A stretch of DNA of 38,105 nt from assembly GCA_015486145.1 (NCBI GenBank), contig WFSH01000092.1:1-38105 (forward strand). The letters are read 5' to 3'. The notes under the pieces are model-generated. The model saw only the letters and a list, made by a program, of their open reading frames with translations, made no database searches and was not told the DNA's origin. Below, piece after piece: positions 8,665-15,901 of the stretch (position 1 is the first letter of the stretch; each line of letters begins with the position of its first letter). The stretch is from Mesoaciditogaceae bacterium (GTDB lineage Bacteria > Thermotogota > Thermotogae > Mesoaciditogales > Mesoaciditogaceae). The translations under genes were made by a program, and so were the position numbers.

Positions 8665-10371
8665 ATGAAAATTCATTTGATCACACGAGTTCTGTTTTTT
8701 TTGATTTTGAGTGCGTTTGGGTTTATAGCATTGGGTGTGTCGTTGACGTTAATAACTGTGCCACCCCAATCTTTGGTGTATGTTAACGGTATGCTTGTGG
8801 GGCAAACAAATCAAGATGGTATTTTAAGAATAAAAGTGGAGTCGGCTTCAAAGATCAAGGTAGAAAATATCGGGTATTTACCGAGTACGTTTTTTTATTC
8901 TCCTAATTCAAAATCAGCCACCCTCTTGGTGAATTTAAAGCCCATAGCGTATCTCTCGTTGAATTCCAATCCGAAAGGAGCAAAAGTTGTCATAGACGGT
9001 GAAAAAGAGGTGATAACTCCTGCCACCGTCGAAATAGCATCTGGACAACATTCCCTTGATGTATCCAAAAACGGTTACGCTCCGGAACATCTTACGATCA
9101 ACGTTAAACCTTTTAGCGTGAGTTCAAAGGAATTTACCCTTAAAAAATTGGGAAGGGTAAGCATCAAAAGTGTACCCGATCACGCATCTGTTGATTTGAA
9201 CGATGAGCTTGTTGGTGTTACCCCCTTTTCTACGATACTTTCAAGGGGAACTTATATTTTGACGGTAGGTGCAACTGGCTATTCAAAAATCTCTACTTCT
9301 TTGATCGTTACGGAAAATTCTACCTTCATTTCAAAGTGGTTTAGGTTGAAGAAATTGGCAACGATTTCTGTTTCTTCTTCTCCATCTGGTGCAAGAATAT
9401 CAATGGCAGGAACCACATTTACAGCTCCGTCGACTATCACCGTTGAAATTGGTAAATATTCCTATACCGCCAGTCAGACTTACTCATATCCAGCCACGGG
9501 AGAGTTGAACATTAGCGGTAATGGAAAATACACTGTAAAATTAAAAAGGATCAAAGGGTTGGTTGTTTTTAGCTCTAACCCCGTGGGTGCCGCCGTAAAA
9601 CTTGATGGAAAATTGGTAGGGCAAACTCAGCTCAGCATTCAGGTGCCTTATGGAGTTCATTTTGTTAAAATGGTTGGTCCAGATGGTAAAGTGTGGTTTG
9701 GCCGTGTTATGATCGATCAAAAAGTCACAACTGTGTATGGAGATATGGTAAATACTGGTATGGTGCTTGTGAGCGCGAATCCCGCCACTGGCACGATCGT
9801 TCACATTGGTCAAGTATGGACCACCGTTCCAGCAACTTTAAGTGCGGGTGTAGGTGTTTACAGGGTAGAGGTTTTTAATCCAGATTACCCAGTGATAACT
9901 CGTTACATCAAAATAACGGGAGGTAGAGTTTCTAAACTATCCTTTTCACTTGAGTCGAAAGCTAAATTGTTTGTGCTGAGTAAACCGTTAGGTGCGACGG
10001 TTTTTGTTGATGGAAAAGAATTGGGGCACACACCACTTTTTGATGCAAGTGTGCCGGTTGGAGATCAACTTTTGACCATCGAATGGCAAGACGGTAACGT
10101 GCAGAAACACTTCCTTTTTGAAAAAGACAAAGTTTACACCCTTTCCTTTTCCGATCCCCATTCGGTGAAAATAACATTTTTGTCCTTTCCAGATCCGGTG
10201 AAACTTTTCATAGACGGTAAAGATGAAGGATACACTCCTTGTGCGATAATACTTTCGAGAGGGAATCATTCTTATGAAGTTTACAACGTGATGGGGATGA
10301 AAATAGCCGAAGGTGAACTTTGCACCACCGCGTTTTCATCCAAAACTTACTTCTTTTTAAGTGGAAGGTGA
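8665..10371 (+). CDS. N-terminally anchored protein made of about 8 tandem PEGA domains
   Basis: ATG 8665 gives MKIHLITRVLFFLILSAFGFIALGV, a signal/anchor sequence. It is followed by repeated modules such as SNPKGAKVVIDGEKEVITPATVEIASGQHSLDVSKNGY. The PEGA-like pattern (S.P.GA.V.IDG...G.TP......G.H...V...GY) recurs about 8 times. Confidence 0.8.
   Translation: MKIHLITRVLFFLILSAFGFIALGVSLTLITVPPQSLVYVNGMLVGQTNQDGILRIKVESASKIKVENIGYLPSTFFYSPNSKSATLLVNLKPIAYLSLNSNPKGAKVVIDGEKEVITPATVEIASGQHSLDVSKNGYAPEHLTINVKPFSVSSKEFTLKKLGRVSIKSVPDHASVDLNDELVGVTPFSTILSRGTYILTVGATGYSKISTSLIVTENSTFISKWFRLKKLATISVSSSPSGARISMAGTTFTAPSTITVEIGKYSYTASQTYSYPATGELNISGNGKYTVKLKRIKGLVVFSSNPVGAAVKLDGKLVGQTQLSIQVPYGVHFVKMVGPDGKVWFGRVMIDQKVTTVYGDMVNTGMVLVSANPATGTIVHIGQVWTTVPATLSAGVGVYRVEVFNPDYPVITRYIKITGGRVSKLSFSLESKAKLFVLSKPLGATVFVDGKELGHTPLFDASVPVGDQLLTIEWQDGNVQKHFLFEKDKVYTLSFSDPHSVKITFLSFPDPVKLFIDGKDEGYTPCAIILSRGNHSYEVYNVMGMKIAEGELCTTAFSSKTYFFLSGR
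8740..10368 (+). repeat. Protein-level tandem repeat: about 8 PEGA-like modules of about 65-70 aa (about 200-nt period), diverged at the DNA level
   Basis: I split the translation by hand into 8 consecutive modules. Each starts with a beta-strand plus (S/N)xPxGAxV-type turn and ends near a Kxx(K/P) linker. Confidence 0.6.
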
Positions 10372-10376
10372 TCAAT

Positions 10377-11291
10377 GTGCAGAAGATTCTTATATCCTTA
10401 ATTTTCTTTTCTTTTCTTTTGGCTGTGTTGAGCTTTGGAGTCACCATAAACGACGTTTCACCTTCATCCGATCTGTATCCTTACGTTGCGGAGATGGTTC
10501 AAGATAACATTATGTCACTCAATTCAAGTAACAACTTTAATGGTGCTCTGGTCGTAACACGTGCAGATCTTGCCAGAATATTATCGCGATTGTTAAACTA
10601 CGTTCAGGGTAGAATCCAACCGGTTGCCCAGGTGACACAATTAGCCGGCAAAACAACAACTTCAGCGACGAGCGTCGCACTTTCTGCAGAATTGTCGCTG
10701 AAAATTCAGAAGATAAACGATGCAATGCAAAAGTATTCTAACTTTGAAGCCTATGTGACCAGTACGGCGAGTTCACTTAATGAGGTCGTAAATGAAATTG
10801 CACAGCTTAAAGTTCAACTCAACGCGATGCAAAAATTAGTTTCCTCGTTGACACTTGTCAAAGAAGTGCCCCCTGCGAGTGTACTTTCTGAGACTGTTCA
10901 AAAAGTTGACGGTTTGAGCACGAAGCTTGATAAGATGAGTTCACAAATGAGCACACTTTCCGCTTCGGTTGAGAATCTGAATGTTAAAGTCAAGTCCGTT
11001 AAAAATTCTTTCGACATGGCCATTTCAAATGAAAAAGCCGACATCTCAAATTTGAGGATAAAGGTGAATTCGATCGCGAGCGAAAGACAAAAAAGTTCCA
11101 AAATGATCTCGAAGGCCGTGAATGAGATATCATCATCTGCATCGGAATTGAAAAATCTCTCTCAAGAAAATGAGACACTCAGAAAAAGAGTTTCCACGCT
11201 TGAATCAAGGCTCGGAACGATCTACCTTTTCCAAGCCCTTGAGCTCGCGGCAGTAGTGGCGGTTTTCGTCTTTTTTTACACAAAACCTTGA
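10377..11291 (+). CDS. Omp-alpha-like envelope protein: signal peptide + SLH domain + long coiled coil + C-terminal transmembrane anchor
   Basis: GGAAGG with GTG 10377 eight nt downstream gives MQKILISLIFFSFLLAVLSFG. SLH-like segment INDVSPSSDLYPYVAEMVQDNIM...FNGALVVTRADLARILSRLL (TRAD in place of the SLH TRAE motif). About 190 aa of heptad-rich, S/L/K/N/E-rich sequence follow. The C-terminus is IYLFQALELAAVVAVFVFFYTKP. Confidence 0.7.
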   Translation: MQKILISLIFFSFLLAVLSFGVTINDVSPSSDLYPYVAEMVQDNIMSLNSSNNFNGALVVTRADLARILSRLLNYVQGRIQPVAQVTQLAGKTTTSATSVALSAELSLKIQKINDAMQKYSNFEAYVTSTASSLNEVVNEIAQLKVQLNAMQKLVSSLTLVKEVPPASVLSETVQKVDGLSTKLDKMSSQMSTLSASVENLNVKVKSVKNSFDMAISNEKADISNLRIKVNSIASERQKSSKMISKAVNEISSSASELKNLSQENETLRKRVSTLESRLGTIYLFQALELAAVVAVFVFFYTKP

Positions 11292-11310
11292 GTGAAAAGG
11301 TTTGGAAAAA

Positions 11311-11919
11311 ATGTACGTGTGCGTAGAAGGCGTAATTGGCGTTGGGAAAACAACGTTGGTACGCATGCTTTCCAAGAGATTTGGAATTCGACCCATTTTA
11401 GAGATCGTGGAAGAAAACCCTTTTTTGGCCAATTTTTATGTCGACAGAGAGCGTTGGGCTTTTCAAACACAGCTTTTCTTTCTTTTAAGTAGGTATTCTC
11501 AGCAAGAGGAACTGTTGAAAATCGTGAAAAAAGAAGATGTGGTAAGTGATTACATGTTTGACAAAGACAGACTTTTTGCTCAGATGAATCTTTTTGGAGA
11601 TCAACTGTCTCTTTACGAACGCGTTTACGGTGTTTTAGAATCAAAAGTACCGACACCCGATTTGATCGTGTATTTGAAGGCATCTGTTGAAACGCTCATG
11701 GAGAGAATATCCATGAGAGACAGACTTTTCGAAAGGTCGATAAGTAAAAACTACATATCCAATCTTGTGAAAGCTTACGATGGTTTTTTCTCAAAGTGCA
11801 CAAGCAAATTTGTGACAATAGATGCGGACAAAATAAACTTTGTTAGGAACGAAAGGGATTTTAATCTCGTTATTTCTAAAATGAAAGAGTGTGGAATTGA
11901 CTTTGGTAAGGAAGTATAA
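11311..11919 (+). CDS. Deoxynucleoside kinase (dAK/dGK family)
   Basis: P-loop VEGVIGVGKTT, ENPFLANFYVDRERWAFQTQLFFLLSRY, and the RISMRDRLFE lid region. ATG 11311; the ORF is open from TTG 11302. Confidence 0.85.
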   Translation: MYVCVEGVIGVGKTTLVRMLSKRFGIRPILEIVEENPFLANFYVDRERWAFQTQLFFLLSRYSQQEELLKIVKKEDVVSDYMFDKDRLFAQMNLFGDQLSLYERVYGVLESKVPTPDLIVYLKASVETLMERISMRDRLFERSISKNYISNLVKAYDGFFSKCTSKFVTIDADKINFVRNERDFNLVISKMKECGIDFGKEV

Positions 11920-11948
11920 GATGAGACTTTTTCAAGTTTTATGTTGAT

Positions 11949-12908
11949 TTAGCTTAAAAGTCCTTTGATGATAAACTCGGTGGCTTCCTCTTCTGTCATG
12001 CCCTTTGCCATAAGTGTGTTTAGTTGTTTGGAATTTACACGCCCTATAGAGGCTTCATGAGTGAGTTCGGAAAGATCGTTGGTTACTTTTAAAACTGGCA
12101 GCGTTGAAACATCCACGCCATTTCCTTTCGTGATTTCAGTGCATTCTATATGTCCTCTTGAATATGGTGCATTTCCAAAAGCTTCGTTGATTATTCTGGC
12201 ACGCGTTTTATCAGTTGCTATAACCGTAGATTTTGCGATGCCGTGCGATCTTTCTCCGTTCAAACCAAGACTTTCCACTATGGAAATATCATCATCTTTT
12301 CTTCCGCGTATTTTGCTGTTCAACTCGGAAGTGGCATTTTCTTTCAAATCCACGTTCACTTTAACTTTTAACTTTCCAACTCTTGTTTTCGTCAGATCAA
12401 ACGAATTTCTGTAGAAACCACCATTTTCTATCGTCGCGTGTGTGTCAGAAATCAACGTGACCCCTCCACTTTCCGAGTGAAAGTGCGCATCTTCATAGAT
12501 CATCGTGGCATTTTTACCTATGTGTACAGTTGATAGCATTTTATGAACCAAATGTGTAGACCATGGAAAAGAGCAATGTGATATGAATTTGACACTCGCG
12601 CCTTCTTCCACGATGAAATTGAAATTCACACGTTGTTCCCCTTCTTTTCCGAGAAATCCCGTGCACAGATGTATGGGCATTTCTACCTTTTTCCCCTTCA
12701 TCACCTTCACTCTAGCCCACACGCCGTTTTCTATTTTACCGGATTCTATTTCAACTCCTTCAACACTGTTGAGTCCTATGATCTTGTCTCCACTTATTAT
12801 TATTGATGCCACACGTTTATCCAACAGCTTTGAGGACTCCCCGCCACTTTTTTCGTAAGCTTCAACAATTTTTTCAAACTCTTTTGAATAGTCCGGAGCT
12901 ATTCTCAT
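11949..12908 (-). CDS. SufB/SufD-family Fe-S cluster assembly protein (short, 319 aa)
   Basis: Beta-helix-type repeats and a C-terminal segment (...HEASIGRVNSKQLNTLMAKGMTEEEATEFIIKGLL) typical of SufB/SufD C-termini. Its start overlaps the stop of the upstream SufC-like ATPase by 4 nt. Confidence 0.8.
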   Translation of the reverse strand: MRIAPDYSKEFEKIVEAYEKSGGESSKLLDKRVASIIISGDKIIGLNSVEGVEIESGKIENGVWARVKVMKGKKVEMPIHLCTGFLGKEGEQRVNFNFIVEEGASVKFISHCSFPWSTHLVHKMLSTVHIGKNATMIYEDAHFHSESGGVTLISDTHATIENGGFYRNSFDLTKTRVGKLKVKVNVDLKENATSELNSKIRGRKDDDISIVESLGLNGERSHGIAKSTVIATDKTRARIINEAFGNAPYSRGHIECTEITKGNGVDVSTLPVLKVTNDLSELTHEASIGRVNSKQLNTLMAKGMTEEEATEFIIKGLLS

Positions 12909-13660
12909 GCCCTTACACCCTTTCTGTGTTCAAGCTCTTTTACGCTTTCTATAATTTCATTTGGATGATCACAGCGATCGCACATTTTTTTGTAATAAGC
13001 CGCTATATCCGTTGGTGGCCCTTCCTTCAAAACCGTTCCGGAACAAATGAGGTATGCGTAGTCGCTGTTTTTTGCGATCTCTTCGCGATGTGTTATGGTG
13101 ATAACCGTTGTTCCCTTTGAGTTTAAAGTGTCAATGATCCTTGAAATTGTATCGAGTGACATCATGTCAATGCCAGAATCCGGTTCATCGAGAATAACGT
13201 AGCGCATCTTTAACATAAGAACGGAAGCGAGTTCGATCCTTTTTCGCTCTCCACCGCTTAAAGAATCGTCAACACGACGCTTCAGATATTCCGAATTCAG
13301 TCCCGCTAATTCAAGTGCCCTTTTTGCGTCGCTGTAAGAAGCTTTAATCTTTCCGCCAAGCGTCAAATAATTGAAGGTTGTTATCCCCTCAAATCTCACA
13401 CTTTCTTGAAAAGCAACTGTTATGCCAAGCTTTGACCTTTCATAAACGCCCAAAGAGGTTATATTTTTTCCATTAAGATACACGCTACCTCTTTGTGGTT
13501 TGTATTTTTCCACACCCATTATCAAGTTGGCAATCGTGGACTTACCCGTTCCGTTGTTACCGAGAACGACGTATCGTTTTCCATCGTCAAATTTCATGTT
13601 AAGATCGTTCAATATTCGCTTTTTTTCAAAACTGAGATTTACGTTCCTCAATTCAAGCAT
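12905..13660 (-). CDS. sufC: SufC-like ABC ATPase of the Fe-S assembly system
   Basis: Walker A GNNGTGKST, ABC signature LSGGERKR, Walker B YVILDEPDSGID and the H-loop ITH. About 250 aa, soluble, and paired with a SufBD-family gene. Confidence 0.82.
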   Translation of the reverse strand: MLELRNVNLSFEKKRILNDLNMKFDDGKRYVVLGNNGTGKSTIANLIMGVEKYKPQRGSVYLNGKNITSLGVYERSKLGITVAFQESVRFEGITTFNYLTLGGKIKASYSDAKRALELAGLNSEYLKRRVDDSLSGGERKRIELASVLMLKMRYVILDEPDSGIDMMSLDTISRIIDTLNSKGTTVITITHREEIAKNSDYAYLICSGTVLKEGPPTDIAAYYKKMCDRCDHPNEIIESVKELEHRKGVRA

Positions 13661-13692
13661 ATTTAAAAGTCTCCTTTTACAGTCTACAATCC

Positions 13693-13698
13693 ATTATA
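13693..13698 (-). promoter_or_regulatory. Candidate -10 box (TATAAT on the minus strand) for the sufC/sufBD-like pair
   Basis: The minus strand reads GGGGGAGAGGTATAATGG about 30 nt upstream of the AAAGGAG Shine-Dalgarno and ATG 13660. I found no convincing -35. Confidence 0.35.
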
Positions 13699-13775
13699 CC
13701 TCTCCCCCGTACAAATGCAGTTTCGATTTTTTGAATTTTTGCCTTACAAATGATTTCATTCAGACATGTAAGGTG

Positions 13776-14525
13776 CTAAATGAACATCGTATCTCCCGCT
13801 TTTTTCAAAATACATTTTTCCTTTAACTTTTTCTTGAAAAATTCAATGGCCAGCTCACCCGTGCAATGCAAAGGAACAACTTTCAATTTGTATTCTTGAA
13901 ATTTCTTTGTGATCATTTCTATTCTATAAAAAGCAGCGTCTTTTAAGTGAAACCCACCGATAACGGTGTGAACGGTGTGAGTTTTTCTCACTTCTTCAAG
14001 AATGTATTCAATTCCCCTATGGGCGCAACCGGTTATCAAGACTCCATCTTTAAAGAGGTTTATTTCATCTTCAAAAGTATCTTGAACACCGTTAACGTTG
14101 AAGTGCTTGTCTATTATGGCAGGATCGGTTTTGATCTCGTTTATGAGGTCAAAATCATCAACTTTTGTATCTCCGTTCAATAGGTGAACATTTGAGATTT
14201 TTTCAACATCTTCCCAATTGTAAGGAGGACCGGCAAAACGTGATCCACTGTATTTGGGAATGAGTGCTTTTTGATGTATGTAAACATCTACTTGACCGGT
14301 ATTTTTTAAGAAGTGTAAAAGTCCACCCATGTGGTCATAATGGCCATGACTTATGATTATTTTTTTCACGTGACCGAGATTAACTCTGAGTTTTTCAGCG
14401 TTTTTGATGGCCACATCACTTGAACCCGTATCAAAAACAACCGCGTCGTCTATCAAAAGTGATAAGCCATGTTCTGAAAGAAAGCCAGATTTAGCAACGT
14501 CATCGCACAAAATGCTTATTTTCAT
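13776..14525 (-). CDS. MBL-fold metallo-hydrolase (COG1237-like)
   Basis: The HxHxDH motif is present as ISHGHYDHMGG, with a downstream GCAH and CTG. Start at ATG 14525 (MKISILCDD) behind GGAGGCGG; the ORF is open from 14546. Confidence 0.8.
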   Translation of the reverse strand: MKISILCDDVAKSGFLSEHGLSLLIDDAVVFDTGSSDVAIKNAEKLRVNLGHVKKIIISHGHYDHMGGLLHFLKNTGQVDVYIHQKALIPKYSGSRFAGPPYNWEDVEKISNVHLLNGDTKVDDFDLINEIKTDPAIIDKHFNVNGVQDTFEDEINLFKDGVLITGCAHRGIEYILEEVRKTHTVHTVIGGFHLKDAAFYRIEMITKKFQEYKLKVVPLHCTGELAIEFFKKKLKEKCILKKAGDTMFI

Positions 14526-14544
14526 GCAACACCGCCTCCAAGTC

Positions 14545-14553
14545 ATTGTACCA
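14545..14553 (-). promoter_or_regulatory. Candidate extended -10 promoter (TGgTACAAT on the minus strand) for the MBL-fold gene
   Basis: The minus strand reads TTTCAA-N16-TGGTACAAT about 20 nt upstream of ATG 14525. Confidence 0.35.
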
Positions 14554-14594
14554 TTTTTTACTGTCTTTGAAATAGGATATTCGCCAATTTGAGG

Positions 14595-14600
14595 TATAAT
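14595..14600 (+). promoter_or_regulatory. Candidate -10 box (TATAAT) for apgM
   Basis: A perfect TATAAT lies 36 nt upstream of the predicted start, in the divergent 110-nt spacer. The nearest TTGAAA is 22 nt upstream, which is too far for a standard -35. Confidence 0.35.
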
Positions 14601-14635
14601 TAAAGAAGAAAAACGTCCGAAGGAGGTTGTTGAAA

Positions 14636-15859
14636 TTGGATAAACAAGAATTTGTGAGTAAACTCACGGTAAAAAATGATACCAAGATGCTTATGTTGAT
14701 CATGGACGGTCTTGGAGGAGCTCCAATGCTTGGTGGAAAAACGGCACTCGAAGTGGCGAACACACCCAACATGGATGCCCTTGCCTCGGCTTCTGATCTG
14801 GGTCAAACTGTACCGGTAATTCCAGGGATAACGCCGGGTAGTGGGCCGGGACATCTCGGGCTCTTTGGATATGATCCGGTTAAATATCAAATAGGTAGGG
14901 GTATACTTGAAGCTTTGGGAATAGGACTCGAGGTTTCAAATAAAGATGTGGTTGCACGTGGAAATTTTGCAACTGTTCGTGACGGGGTGGTAATAGATCG
15001 AAGAGCTGGGAGGCCGGCAACCGAAGAGAATGCCAAAGTGTGCGAACTGATAAACTCCAAAATATCTGAGATAGATGGGGTGAAGGTTCAAGTTTTTCCG
15101 GGAAAAGAACACAGATTTGTTTTGAAACTTACCGGTGATGGCCTTGATGATAGGCTAACTGATGCCGATCCACAACGTGATAGACAACCAATTGAATACG
15201 CCAAAGCACTTTCGGTGGAAGCGGAGAAAACCGCAAAAATCGTGAACGAGTTCATTAAACGTGTTGTGGATCTTTTGAAGAACGGTGAGAGAATATCTGG
15301 CTGCCTTTTGAGGGGATTTTCCAAGTATCCAGATCTTCCTCAGTTCCCAGAAGTCTATAAGATCAAGAGTGCTGCCATAGCAACGTATCCAATGTATCGT
15401 GGACTTGCAAAGTTAGTTGGGATGGAGGTTTTAGAAGTTCCAGCTGCGATAGGAGAAATGGAAACGGTAAGATCTGAGATTAAAGTTTTAAAAGACAACT
15501 ACGATAAATATGATTTTTTCTATTTTCACGTGAAGCATACGGACTCGTATGGAGAAGATTCGAACTTTATGGCAAAGGTAGATGTCATAGAAACGGTGGA
15601 CAAAGTTATACCGGAAATCATGTCTTTGAAGCCAGATGTTGTTGTTATAACTGGGGATCATTCTACGCCAGCACTTGTGGGGGGACACAGTTGGCATCCA
15701 GTTCCATTTTTGCTTTATTCCAAATACTCACGCTACGGTTTGTCAAATTTTTTCAACGAAAAGGAATGCGCACGCGGGAGTTTAGGAACAATTGAAGCAA
15801 GAGATCTCATGACGTTACTTTTAGCCAATGCCATGAGACTTGAGAAATATGGTGCTTAA
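14636..15859 (+). CDS. apgM: Cofactor-independent phosphoglycerate mutase, archaeal type (alkaline-phosphatase superfamily, ApgM/COG3635)
   Basis: AGGAGG at 14621-14626 with TTG 14636 nine nt downstream. MLIMDGLGG, the metal-binding DH of ITGDHSTP, and HVKHTD. About 407 aa. Confidence 0.83.
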   Translation: MDKQEFVSKLTVKNDTKMLMLIMDGLGGAPMLGGKTALEVANTPNMDALASASDLGQTVPVIPGITPGSGPGHLGLFGYDPVKYQIGRGILEALGIGLEVSNKDVVARGNFATVRDGVVIDRRAGRPATEENAKVCELINSKISEIDGVKVQVFPGKEHRFVLKLTGDGLDDRLTDADPQRDRQPIEYAKALSVEAEKTAKIVNEFIKRVVDLLKNGERISGCLLRGFSKYPDLPQFPEVYKIKSAAIATYPMYRGLAKLVGMEVLEVPAAIGEMETVRSEIKVLKDNYDKYDFFYFHVKHTDSYGEDSNFMAKVDVIETVDKVIPEIMSLKPDVVVITGDHSTPALVGGHSWHPVPFLLYSKYSRYGLSNFFNEKECARGSLGTIEARDLMTLLLANAMRLEKYGA

Positions 15860-15901
15860 TTTTTAGGGCACTTTTAAAGTGTTCAGGGAGGGATGATAAG
15901 G

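Noticed and set aside
13742-13774. A 7-bp inverted repeat CCTTACA...TGTAAGG right after the MBL gene stop, considered as a terminator.
   Set aside because: On the minus-strand transcript the hairpin (18-nt loop) is followed by an A-run, not a U-run. The T-run lies on the wrong side for the gene it would terminate.
15869-15881. A perfect 13-bp palindrome CACTTTTAAAGTG between apgM and the second PEGA gene.
   Set aside because: It is too short and AT-rich to separate from chance, it cannot form a stable hairpin (1-nt loop), and no matching second site was seen elsewhere in the window.
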